From Lysobacterales bacterium (GTDB lineage: Bacteria; Pseudomonadota; Gammaproteobacteria; Xanthomonadales; Rhodanobacteraceae): a stretch of DNA of 64,000 nucleotides. Shown in pieces: positions 18,007 through 30,083 of this stretch. The position numbers were made by a program, and so were the translations under genes. The stretch lies in NCBI GenBank assembly GCA_017305135.1, contig JAFKNA010000007.1, positions 55,441 to 119,440 of the forward strand, given 5' to 3'. The notes under the pieces were generated by a model. That model was not told where the DNA came from. It saw nothing but the letters and a program-made list of their open reading frames with translations, and searched no databases. The stretch's first letter is position 1; each line of letters opens with the position of its first letter.

Positions 18007-18405
18007 ATGCAGCTCATCTCAACAGGAAGCTTCCTCGGCTACACGCTGGAGGCCTACCTGCCGGACAACGGTTCGCTCGACCGCCTGACGTTGTGGGTGG
18101 TCAGCGCGGGTCGAGTGGTCGCCGAGTACGAGTGCCAGCGACCGCACGCATGCAGCGCCGACAGCCTCGCATGGGTCCTACCCACGCTCCGGAAGATGGC
18201 CCGGCAAGCCGCGAAACACCTGGCCAGTGTCCCGGATATGGGACAGGTCGCGCCGCGGCAGCCGGCGGTGAGAAGGCGTTCACCACACTGCCGACAAGAG
18301 CGGCCGGGAACTCGGCGGATGACCGCCCCAGGCCGGGCCGGCCAATCAAGCGCGCACACCCGGGTGCCCGCGACCACGTCCATTACAAAAGGAAGCCCAC
18401 GATGA
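18007..18405 (+). CDS. hypothetical protein
   Basis: The only support is the position and an ATGA stop/start overlap with the next gene. The C-terminal half is basic and low-complexity. Confidence 0.35.
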   Translation: MQLISTGSFLGYTLEAYLPDNGSLDRLTLWVVSAGRVVAEYECQRPHACSADSLAWVLPTLRKMARQAAKHLASVPDMGQVAPRQPAVRRRSPHCRQERPGTRRMTAPGRAGQSSAHTRVPATTSITKGSPR

Positions 18406-19286
18406 CTGCATCAACGGATTGTCCCGTCCATGTCACGACCGGCGTCATCGATCGCTGGGGATACACGCTCGACGACGGCCTCGCGCCCATCCGGTTCAAG
18501 TTGTATGTACACGACGGTGCCTACGCGATCGCCACCTGGTGCCCGCCGTTCGTGCTCGCCGACGATCTCCACGTCGATCCCGTGCGGGTGACGCTGGTGC
18601 CTTGCCGCATCGATGCCGACACGTTGTGGGTCGCCACGGCGGTAGAGTTCGAGCCGGAAGCTCCCGTCCTCGATCTCATCCCGGAGGACTTCGGGGCGGA
18701 CGAAGAGATCGTTTCAAGGCTGCGGCACGTCGTGGACCGCATCGGGAATGATGCGCTGGTTCGGCTGATCAACGACATCTGGAAGTTGCGCCGCGTGTTC
18801 CACAACTTCTGGACCTGTCCCGCCTCGCAAGCCCACCATCACGCATACCGTGGCGGGCTTGCCGCCCATACGCTGGAGATGGCCGAGCGGGTTGCGGACA
18901 CGCCGTCGCTGTCAGGCAGCGACCGCGACATCGGCATCGCGTACGCACTGCTGCACGACCTAGGCAAGCTCTGGTGCTACGGCGACGGCGGCTTTGAGCC
19001 GGAGGCCCAACTTGGCCACGAGCTCGTCACGCTGACGCGGCTGAACTCGGAGTTCGATGGCCTCCAGCGTGACTGGCCGGAGGGCGCGGTCGCGCTGCGC
19101 TCGCTCATCTCCGGGCTCTGGAAGACAAAGGGGCGGAAGCCGATCCTGGCGGTCGGGAAGCTGGTGCAGGCGTACGACCAGATGAGCGTGGAGGAAGACC
19201 TGCGCGGTCGCGCCGCACGCCGCCACCAGCCGCGCGCGGTGATGGGCTATGCGGACAACGTGCGCCCGTTCCCGATCAGGCTTTGA
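18402..19286 (+). CDS. HD-domain protein (resembles N-terminal TraI_2/MobH-relaxase-type HD module)
   Basis: ATG 18402 is preceded by AAAAGGAAG. Motifs SQAHHHAYRGGLAAHTLEMAERV and IAYALLHDLGKLW (HD). Confidence 0.7.
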   Translation: MTASTDCPVHVTTGVIDRWGYTLDDGLAPIRFKLYVHDGAYAIATWCPPFVLADDLHVDPVRVTLVPCRIDADTLWVATAVEFEPEAPVLDLIPEDFGADEEIVSRLRHVVDRIGNDALVRLINDIWKLRRVFHNFWTCPASQAHHHAYRGGLAAHTLEMAERVADTPSLSGSDRDIGIAYALLHDLGKLWCYGDGGFEPEAQLGHELVTLTRLNSEFDGLQRDWPEGAVALRSLISGLWKTKGRKPILAVGKLVQAYDQMSVEEDLRGRAARRHQPRAVMGYADNVRPFPIRL

Positions 19287-19507
19287 CCTGGTTCGCCGGA
19301 AACCCGGTGCAGAAGCGCGCTGTTCCAGATCCAAGCGAACGACTAAGGTCTCGCCGTGCGAACATCGTGCCTGGGGCTCTTCCGGGCGGGAAGCGAATGC
19401 CGTAGCTATTCCGCCTCGCGGAGCACGCTGCCCACCTGTGAACTCACCGCCGGCCCGGCTCCGCCCCGCCAGTGGACGGCAAGCTGCAACTGAACTGGAT
19501 ACCACCG

Positions 19508-21998
<2,491 letters not shown>

Positions 21999-22006
<8 letters not shown>

Positions 22007-23348
22007 AACGACGCCCCCGTCTTTCTCGCAATATCAGCTGGCAGAACTCGCAGCGCCAGGCTCAGACACATTTGTGGATGGTCCCTTCGGTTCGAGCCTT
22101 AAATCACACGAGTACGTCGATGCCGGTGTGCGCCTAATTCAGCTGCAAAACATCGGCGAAGGCGTGTGGCGCGATGAGAACAAGAAATTTATCACTGCTC
22201 GAAAGCTCAAGACTCTCGAACGTCATCGGGCGATCCCAGGCGACATTGCGATCGCGAAGATGGCCGACCCAGTGGCGAGGGCGTGCCTTGTTCCGCCAGT
22301 GGCAGAACAGTTTGTCGTGGTAGCCGATTGCATCCGGCTTCGGTTGGACGAGGCTCGATTTGACCCCGGCTTTGTGGTTCGAGCAATCAACAGCCCGTAC
22401 ACTCGCCGCGAGGCCGAGAAGAAGGCCATCGGTTCGACACGAGTCCGAATCAACCTCAGCGTGTTGAAAACAGTTGCTTGCCTCGCTCCTGGACTGCCAG
22501 AGCAACAAGCAATCTCGCGCATCCTCGACACCCTCGACACCGCCATTCACGAAACCGAGGTGATCATCGCCAAGCTCAAGGCCGTCAAGCAGGGCCTGCT
22601 GCACGACCTGCTGACGCGCGGCATCGACGCCAACGGCGAACTGCGTTCGCCTCAAGCCGAGGCGCCGCATCTCTACAAGGAGTCGCCGCTGGGGCGGATT
22701 CCGAAGGAATGGGACGCCACCCCACTCAGGAACCTGCTCTCCGACACATACCGCTACCCCAGCTATTACGGCATAAATTATGTCGAGGACGGCGTATCTG
22801 AAATAAGAGGCGAACTCGTGCGATCGGATGGCACCTTGTCTGACTCTACGGTCGAATATCGTCACATCAGCGAGAAAACTGCCTCGCGCTTTCCGCGAGT
22901 TCGGCTTTGTTCTGACGACGTTGTCATGACTGTGCGCGGGACAATTGGAAAGTTCGCACTGGTCCCTGGCTGGCTGGAAGGGTCTGTGATAACTGCCAAC
23001 CTGCTCAAACTTTCACCAAACCGGACTGCTGTCGAGCCAGCTTGGCTGATGCATATGCTCTTGTCTTCGGCATTTCAGGAGCGATTGGATGCGGCTTGCT
23101 CGGCAACGACCATCAAGACCATCCAGGTTCCCGCCCTGCTCGACATCCGCACTGCCACTCCTCTGAGATCCGAGCAGAAGGAGATAGGTGCCAGACTCTC
23201 AGCGATAGACAGACGCATATCACTGGAGTTGGTGGAGCTGGAAAAGCTAAAGATCAATAAATCCGGCCTCATGCACGACCTCCTCACCGGCCGCGTCCGC
23301 GTCACGCCGCTGCTTGCCGAGGCGGAGCAACACGAACGGAGTACCTGA
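21999..23348 (+). CDS. hsdS: type I R-M specificity subunit
   Basis: Overlaps the hsdM stop. Two target-recognition halves are separated by conserved helices [20 protein letters not shown] and [20 protein letters not shown]. Confidence 0.9.
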
Positions 23349-23417
23349 AGGCCGCGGGCCGGAAATGACGCGAACGGGCTTCCCCATCGAATCCATGCGA
23401 TAAAGTCGCTTCCTTGC

Positions 23418-24542
23418 ATGACGCATCAGGGGGCGCTCATGGAATCGACTGCTTCGGCGCGTGCCGTTTCGACATCGGCCGCGCAGCCTGTCATTGGCCC
23501 GCGCGATCTGGTGGCGGGCCTCGGCAGCGCGCCCCGCGATCTGCTGGCGGCCTGCCTGGCGCTGTTCGAGGACAGCACCCTCCGGAGGCGGCTGACCCAT
23601 CTGCTGGAAAGCTGGACGCCCACGGTAATGCCTCGGGACGATGGCGCCGCTGACGTGGGCCACGCCGCCGACTCGCTGCGCAGCACGATCGACGCGATCC
23701 GCGACAGCCAAGTTTCCGACGATGCCTTGCGGGTGCGCTTGTGGATCTACCTGCGCTCGGCGTTTGGCCTGCCGCCACGCACCTTCGGCACGCTGCGCTC
23801 GGCCGCCACCTCGGCCGATGACCTGGTCGCCACCGCCGTGCATGGTTTGCAGCCGGGCTTTGCCGAAAGGCAATGGGAATGGCTCAAACGCAGCACCGGC
23901 ATGGGGACGCCGATCGAGGTTCCCGACAGCTTCGATGGGCTGGCGCGGAAGACGCTGGAGGAGCTGGCGGCGCAGGTGATGGCCGGAACGGATGCCGCGT
24001 CGAAGGAGGCGCGCGATCAGGTCCTCGCCGAACTGCGCGAGCGTGTGAAAGGACTGAACGCCGACGATCAACAAGTCCTGATGGACGCCATCGGCGTCGA
24101 CCAGCTCAACGACGAGGCGCTGCTCAAGATCCTGATGACCGGCGGCGGTCTCGCCGCCTTGAATGTCGGCGTCGGCATGGCCGGATTCGCGGCCTACATC
24201 CTGGCAGCCAAGGTCTCCGCGTTCATCCCGCTGGTCAGCGGCCCGGCGCTGGTTTCCCTGCTGGCGGTGCTCTCCAATCCGATCACGCTGGTGCTGGCGA
24301 CGCTCGGCATGGGTTGGCTCGCCACGTCGTCGGCCGAGACACAGATCCAGCGCGCGGTGGCGCTGCGCGTGATGTCGCTGCTGGCGCTGCACGGCCTGTC
24401 ATCCGGCGGGGATGGCCTGCGCAGCGCAGCGCGGGCCTTCCATGCGCTGCCGGAAATGCGCCCGATGGGCCGGCTGGATGATGCGCGCTTGCGGCCCTAC
24501 CAGCACGACTGGGCGGTCATTGCACCGGCTCACCGCCAGTAG
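23418..24542 (+). CDS. unknown membrane protein A embedded in the hsd operon
   Basis: 374 aa (alternative start ATG 23439 behind CAGGGGG). Soluble N-terminal half, then Gly/Ala-rich TM hairpins GGGLAALNVGVGMAGFAAYILAAKVSAFIPLVSGPALVSLLAVLSNPITLVLATLGMGWLA. No family recognised. Confidence 0.7.
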   Translation: MTHQGALMESTASARAVSTSAAQPVIGPRDLVAGLGSAPRDLLAACLALFEDSTLRRRLTHLLESWTPTVMPRDDGAADVGHAADSLRSTIDAIRDSQVSDDALRVRLWIYLRSAFGLPPRTFGTLRSAATSADDLVATAVHGLQPGFAERQWEWLKRSTGMGTPIEVPDSFDGLARKTLEELAAQVMAGTDAASKEARDQVLAELRERVKGLNADDQQVLMDAIGVDQLNDEALLKILMTGGGLAALNVGVGMAGFAAYILAAKVSAFIPLVSGPALVSLLAVLSNPITLVLATLGMGWLATSSAETQIQRAVALRVMSLLALHGLSSGGDGLRSAARAFHALPEMRPMGRLDDARLRPYQHDWAVIAPAHRQ

Positions 24543-24548
24543 GAGCCT

Positions 24549-25928
24549 TTGGATGACGAAGTCGCGCAGCTGACGGACCGCTGTCCGCACGGCGAGCACG
24601 GCCAGAGCCGCTGGGGGCGCCTGCTCGAAGCCGACCCGGACGCGGCCGCCGACACCGCGATTCTCGCCTCGCTCACGCTGGGCGAGCTGGTCTACAACAT
24701 CCATCGGCTCGATCCGAACGTGCTGCAGGCGGCCGATTTCTCGCGTGTGGAGGATCTGGCTGATCCGATCGAGTTTGCCGGCTTCGCGCATCGCATCGCC
24801 GAGATGGGTGCGGCCAGCCAGCTTGGCGCATTCAGCAATCTGAGGGGCTACGTCGCCGAACAACTGGTCGCCGCGCAGTTGATCGAGCAAGGTCACCTCG
24901 TCGAGTTCCCCGTCACCTCGAACCAGGCCGGCTGGGATCTGAGCGTCGATGGCGTGAAGTTCCAGGTGAAGAACGCTTCGGACCTGTCGCTGCTGCATCG
25001 ACATTTCGACATGGGGTACGACTACCCGGTCATCGCCAACTCCGAAGTGGCGGACATGCTGGCGCGCCATGCGCCCGACTCGTTGCCGGACTGGGCCGAC
25101 CAGGTCCACTTCGTCGAGGGGTACAGCCGTTCGGCCGTCGAGCATGTGACGCACCAGACGCTGGATGCCGGCGACGACCTGCTGCATCCGGACGTGCCGG
25201 TGTTCACCGTCATGCTGGTTGGACTGCGACACCTGCTGCGCTTCAACAGCGGCGAACTGTCTGCGACTCAGGCGGTGCAGGAGGTCCTGGTCGATGGCAG
25301 CGTGCGCGCCGGCCTGGCGGCCGTGGGCAATTACGCGGGGGTGACCATCGGCTTGTTGGTATTCGGCCCCGCTGGCGCCCTGATACTGGGCTCGGCGCTC
25401 CCCGTGCTGAGCCGCTGGCACGCCACCTCGGTCAGGAAGGGACTCGACGCGTTGGTGCGGAGCGACAGCTACATGGCATGGGACCGCGACTGCCGCGAGG
25501 CTCAGCGGGCGCTGATCGCCGTGCTGGAGCGCAAGCTGCAGGACAAGGCCGAGCGGATGAAGCAACGCGTGCCCGATTCATCCGACGGCGTGGTCGGGCG
25601 TTATCTGCGCTGGCGTTTCGATGATGAACTCAGGTTTCTTCGGGAAGCCTGGTGTCGCTTGAAGGTGATCGGCGCCGATGCGTCGGTTCCGATGGAGGAA
25701 GCAGGTCCGCAACTCCTGACCTGGCTAAGCACCAGCACGCTGCATCCGGTGGTGTACCAGGTGCCGCTTCGGCAGTGGTCGGCGATCATGTCGAAGCGAC
25801 CTGCGCTGGGTGAGCGGGTCGTAGAAACTGCGGCGGATGTGGGTAAGAAGGCCGTCGATACCGGCAAGGAAATGTTCGGCAGCGTCATGGGCTGGCTCAG
25901 CGAGCGCCAAGGCAGGAGAGAAGAGTGA
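24549..25928 (+). CDS. unknown membrane protein B with Mrr/PD-(D/E)xK-like N-terminal motif
   Basis: TTG start 6 nt after the stop of A, with AGGAG overlapping that stop. YVAEQLVAAQLIEQGHLVEFPVTSNQAGWDLSVDGVKFQVK shows an E...D...QxK pattern. Also a glycine-zipper TM AGLAAVGNYAGVTIGLLVFGPAGALILGSALPVL and a helical C-terminal region. Confidence 0.7.
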   Translation: MDDEVAQLTDRCPHGEHGQSRWGRLLEADPDAAADTAILASLTLGELVYNIHRLDPNVLQAADFSRVEDLADPIEFAGFAHRIAEMGAASQLGAFSNLRGYVAEQLVAAQLIEQGHLVEFPVTSNQAGWDLSVDGVKFQVKNASDLSLLHRHFDMGYDYPVIANSEVADMLARHAPDSLPDWADQVHFVEGYSRSAVEHVTHQTLDAGDDLLHPDVPVFTVMLVGLRHLLRFNSGELSATQAVQEVLVDGSVRAGLAAVGNYAGVTIGLLVFGPAGALILGSALPVLSRWHATSVRKGLDALVRSDSYMAWDRDCREAQRALIAVLERKLQDKAERMKQRVPDSSDGVVGRYLRWRFDDELRFLREAWCRLKVIGADASVPMEEAGPQLLTWLSTSTLHPVVYQVPLRQWSAIMSKRPALGERVVETAADVGKKAVDTGKEMFGSVMGWLSERQGRREE

Positions 25929-26000
25929 AGTGAGGCCGACTGGCGGCGAAGCGGTACGCGGGTAGCATGTGCTATGCGTGACAAGCAACAGGGGGCGGCA

Positions 26001-29000
26001 ATGGGCTGGGAAAACGAGGATGTCGAAAGACCATTCATTGCTCAGCTGCAGGCGCTGGGCTGGTCGCACATCGAGGGCAGCCTCGATGACCCGGGCGTTT
26101 CCGGCCGCGCGAGCTTTGCCGAGGTCATCCAGGAGCACGTGCTGCGCGAGCACCTGCGTGCCCTGAATCCCGGTCCGGATGGAACTCCCTGGCTGGATGA
26201 TGCGCGCTTGTCCGAAGCGGTGGCGGCCATCACCCGGCTCGGCACGCACAAGCTATTGGAGGCCAACCAGAAGGCCACCGAGCTGTTGATCAAGGGTCTG
26301 ACCGTCGAGGGTCTGCCGGGCTGGGACGGCGGACGCGGCCAGACGATCCGCTTCATCGACTGGGATACGCCGGCCAACAACCGCTTCACGGTGGTCAACC
26401 AGTACCGCGTCTATTGTCCGCCCGGCTTCAACTGCGCCAAGGCCTTCATCGTGCCGGATCTGGTGCTGCTGGTGAACGGCATCCCGGTGGTGGTGGTGGA
26501 GTGCAAGAGCCCGTTGATCCCCGAGCCGCTGACTGAGGCGGTCGACCAGTTGCGCCGCTACAGCAACCAGCGCAAGGCGGCCTTCGAGGTGGACGAGAAC
26601 GAGGGCAACGAGGCGCTGTTCGCCACCAACCAGTTGTTGATTGCCAGCAGCTTCGATGAGGCGCGCGTCGGCAGCGTCGGCGCGGCCTTCGAGCATTTCG
26701 CGCAGTGGAAGACGGTAGTCGGCCCTGATGGTCACGGGTCCGAGATCGACGTTGCGCGGGCCTTGGGCAAGCCGGCCCTGTCGGAACAGGAGCGCCTGAT
26801 TGCCGGCCTGTTGAAGCCCGATCACCTGCTCGACGTGGTGCGGCACTTCCTGCTGTTCCTGCAGCCGGGCGGCCAGGCCATCAAGTCGGTCTGCCGCTAC
26901 CAGCAGTACCGGGCGGTGAATCGCGCCATCGCACGGCTGAAGACCGGGCAGACGCGCCTGCAACACGGCGAGCACGACCAGCGCGGCGGCATCATCTGGC
27001 ACACCCAGGGCTCGGGCAAGTCGCTGACCATGGTGTTCCTGGTGCGCAAGATGCGCGCGGATGCGCAGCTGCGGCGCTTCAAGGTTATCGTCGTCACCGA
27101 CCGCAAGGACCTGCAGCGCCAGCTTTCCGACACCGCCACGCTCACTGGCGAGGTGGTCGAGGTCGCGAACAGCTCTGCGGGCGTGAAGGCGCTGGCACGC
27201 CGCAAGGGGCCGGGGCTGATCTTCGCCACCATCCAGAAGTATCGCGACACCGATACGGCGGGTGAGGCGCCGCTGACGGCCGAAGACCTGCCCAAAGTGA
27301 ATGAACCGGAGGCCGCGTACGCGGCGCGCGAGTCGTTCGAGGTGCTCAACGAGGACGACGGCATCCTCGTGCTGGTGGACGAGGCGCATCGCACGCAGGC
27401 CGGCGATCTGCACGCAAGCTTGCTGGCGGCGCTGCCGAATTGCGCGCGCATCGGCTTCAGCGGCACGCCGATCATCATGGGCGAGAAGAAGCGCACGCAC
27501 GAGATCTTCGGCGAATTCATCGATCGCTACACGATCAAGCAAGCCGAGGCCGACGGCGCCACGGTGCCGGTGCTCTACGAAGGGCGCACCGCCACCGGCG
27601 CGATCAAGGATGGTGCCAGCCTCGACGAGCTGTTCGAGGACCTGTTCCGCCAGCACACGCCCGAGGAGCTGGAGGCGATCAAGCAGAAGTACGCCACCAA
27701 GGGGCACATCTTCGATGCCCCGGCGCTGATTGCCGACAAGGCGCGCGACATGCTGCGCCACTACGTCACCAACATCCTGCCCAACGGCTACAAGGCGCAG
27801 GTCGTGGCCTACAGCCGGCTGGCCGCGATCCGCTACTTCGAGGCGTTGCGCAAGGCGCGAGACGAACTGCTGGCCGAGGCCGAGGCGCTCGCTGCCGACG
27901 ACAAGGCGCTGGACGACGAGGCGCTGTGCCAGCGCCCACCCCGCGTGCAGGCAACGGTGCAAGCCTGGCGCTATCGCGACATCCTGGCCCGCCTCGAGTT
28001 CGCGCCGATCATCTCCGGCAGCAACAACGACGATCCGGCGTGGAGCCCGTGGACCGATGGCACGGCGCAGGAACGGCTGATCAAGCGCTTCAAGAAGCCG
28101 CTGTTCCACGCCGACCCCACCAAGACCGACCCGCTGGCCTTCCTGGTCGTGAAGTCTATGCTGCTGACCGGCTTCGATGCCCCGATCGAGGGTGTGATGT
28201 ACCTGGACCGGCCGATCCGCGAAGCGGAGCTGCTGCAGGCGATCGCGCGCGTCAACCGCACCGGCTTCGGCAAACGCTGCGGCATCGTGGTGGACTACTA
28301 CGGCGTGGCGCGGCATCTGAAGGAAGCGCTGGCCGCCTACGCAGACGAGGATGTGCAAGGCGCGCTGGCCAGCCTCAAGGACGAGGTGCCGGTGCTGCGC
28401 GACCGCCATCTGCGCGTGGTCGACCTGTTCCGCAGGCAGGGCATCGAATCGCTGGACGACGAGGAGGCGTGCGTCGCGGCCTTGGCCAGCGAGAAGCTGC
28501 GTGCCGAGTTCGCGGTCAAGCTCAAGGCGTTCCTGGCCTCGCTGGACACGGTGCTGCCGCGCCCGGAAGGACTGCCTTTCTCCGCCGATGCCAAGCGGCT
28601 GGCCTACATCTATGCGCGGGCCCGCAACCGGTACAAGGACACGCCCGTCCTCGGCAAGGACGTCGGCGCCAAGGTGCGCAAGCTGATCGACGACCACGTG
28701 ATCTCGCTGGGCGTCGATCCGAAGATTCCGCCGATCCAGCTCACCGATGCCGAGTTCGACATGCATCTGGCCCGCTCGGCGAGCGACCGCGCCAAGGCGT
28801 CGGAGATGGAACACGCGATCCGCTCGCACATCCGCAAGCACGTGGACGAGGACCCGGTGCTGTACCGCAAGCTGTCCGAACGCCTGAACGACATCCTGAA
28901 GACGCTGGGCGAGCAGTGGAACGAGGTGATTGCGCAGTTGCAGAAGATCATCGACGAATTGCGTACGGGCAAGGCCGCCACCGCCGATGCGCCCGTCGAC

Positions 29001-29321
29001 CTGCCCGAGCACTGCGCCCCGTTCCTGCGCACCGTTCTCGACGTCGTCCGCGCCGACCAGGACGCCACGCCGGCAGAATTGATGCGTCTGAAGGATGTGA
29101 CCGTCGAGCTGGTTGAACTGCTGTCGCAGGAATTGAAAGCCAACCCGAGGATCTGGACCCCGAACAAGATCCCCGACCAGGAAAACCTGCGCGACGGCGT
29201 GCTGTTCGAGCACCTGATGCGCCTGCGCCCGGCGCTGGTGGATGCGGACAAGGCGGGTGTGCTGGCCGACAGGCTGATGGAACAGGCGCGCGCCAACCAC
29301 GATCGGCTGGTGCAGGTGTGA
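26001..29321 (+). CDS. hsdR: type I restriction enzyme endonuclease/helicase subunit
   Basis: ATG 26001 behind AGGGGG. Motifs HTQGSGKSLTMVFL (Walker A), LVLVDEAHRTQ (DEAH) and TGFDAP. About 1106 aa. Confidence 0.95.
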   Translation: MGWENEDVERPFIAQLQALGWSHIEGSLDDPGVSGRASFAEVIQEHVLREHLRALNPGPDGTPWLDDARLSEAVAAITRLGTHKLLEANQKATELLIKGLTVEGLPGWDGGRGQTIRFIDWDTPANNRFTVVNQYRVYCPPGFNCAKAFIVPDLVLLVNGIPVVVVECKSPLIPEPLTEAVDQLRRYSNQRKAAFEVDENEGNEALFATNQLLIASSFDEARVGSVGAAFEHFAQWKTVVGPDGHGSEIDVARALGKPALSEQERLIAGLLKPDHLLDVVRHFLLFLQPGGQAIKSVCRYQQYRAVNRAIARLKTGQTRLQHGEHDQRGGIIWHTQGSGKSLTMVFLVRKMRADAQLRRFKVIVVTDRKDLQRQLSDTATLTGEVVEVANSSAGVKALARRKGPGLIFATIQKYRDTDTAGEAPLTAEDLPKVNEPEAAYAARESFEVLNEDDGILVLVDEAHRTQAGDLHASLLAALPNCARIGFSGTPIIMGEKKRTHEIFGEFIDRYTIKQAEADGATVPVLYEGRTATGAIKDGASLDELFEDLFRQHTPEELEAIKQKYATKGHIFDAPALIADKARDMLRHYVTNILPNGYKAQVVAYSRLAAIRYFEALRKARDELLAEAEALAADDKALDDEALCQRPPRVQATVQAWRYRDILARLEFAPIISGSNNDDPAWSPWTDGTAQERLIKRFKKPLFHADPTKTDPLAFLVVKSMLLTGFDAPIEGVMYLDRPIREAELLQAIARVNRTGFGKRCGIVVDYYGVARHLKEALAAYADEDVQGALASLKDEVPVLRDRHLRVVDLFRRQGIESLDDEEACVAALASEKLRAEFAVKLKAFLASLDTVLPRPEGLPFSADAKRLAYIYARARNRYKDTPVLGKDVGAKVRKLIDDHVISLGVDPKIPPIQLTDAEFDMHLARSASDRAKASEMEHAIRSHIRKHVDEDPVLYRKLSERLNDILKTLGEQWNEVIAQLQKIIDELRTGKAATADAPVDLPEHCAPFLRTVLDVVRADQDATPAELMRLKDVTVELVELLSQELKANPRIWTPNKIPDQENLRDGVLFEHLMRLRPALVDADKAGVLADRLMEQARANHDRLVQV

Positions 29322-29325
29322 CGCG

Positions 29326-30078
29326 ATGCTGGCACCCGTGAAATCGACCGCCACCCTGGCGGACCTAGCCGCCTCGACGCCGGGGCGCGGCCTGACCGTG
29401 GACGACCTGCACTTCGCGGTACGTCACAGCTCGCGCCGCAAGACGATGCAGATCACGGTGGAGCGCAACGGCGAGCTGGTGCTGAGCGCGCCTCCCGGCG
29501 TGAGCACAACCCGCCTGCGCGAGTTCGTGCTGGCCAAGCGCTTCTGGATCTACACCAAGCTGGCCGAAAGGGACCGCCTGCAGCGGCACGCGCCGCGCAA
29601 GCAGTTCGTCGGCGGCGAGGGTTTCCTGTACCTGGGCCGCAGCTACCGGCTGAAGCTGGTCGACGACCAGGATGTCCCGCTGAAACTCGCGAGCGGCCGC
29701 TTCTGCCTTCGCCGCGAAGCCCTGCCCGCCGCGCGCGATCACTTCATCCGTTGGTACGCCGAACGCGCCCGCGCCTGGCTCTCCAGCCGTGTCGCCGACT
29801 ATGAGACTCGGATGGAGGTAAATCCGGCCGGCGTGAAGGTGCAGGATCTGGGCTACCGCTGGGGATCATGCGGCAAGGGCGATTGGCTGTACTTCCATTG
29901 GAAGGCGATCCTGCTGCCGGCTCGCATTGCCGAGTACGTAGTCGTGCACGAGATCGCACATCTGCACGAGCCGCACCACACACCGGCGTTCTGGCTGCGG
30001 GTAGAGCGTGCGATGCCGGATTACGCGCAACGAAAGGACTGGTTGGCTGAGCATGGAATCGATGTCGAGGGGATCTGA
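29326..30078 (+). CDS. DUF45/YgjP-like (M48-type) metallohydrolase
   Basis: WGSCGKGDWLYFHWKAILLPARIAEYVVVHEIAHLHEPHH (HExxH). A common companion of hsdR. Confidence 0.85.
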   Translation: MLAPVKSTATLADLAASTPGRGLTVDDLHFAVRHSSRRKTMQITVERNGELVLSAPPGVSTTRLREFVLAKRFWIYTKLAERDRLQRHAPRKQFVGGEGFLYLGRSYRLKLVDDQDVPLKLASGRFCLRREALPAARDHFIRWYAERARAWLSSRVADYETRMEVNPAGVKVQDLGYRWGSCGKGDWLYFHWKAILLPARIAEYVVVHEIAHLHEPHHTPAFWLRVERAMPDYAQRKDWLAEHGIDVEGI

Positions 30079-30083
30079 GAACA

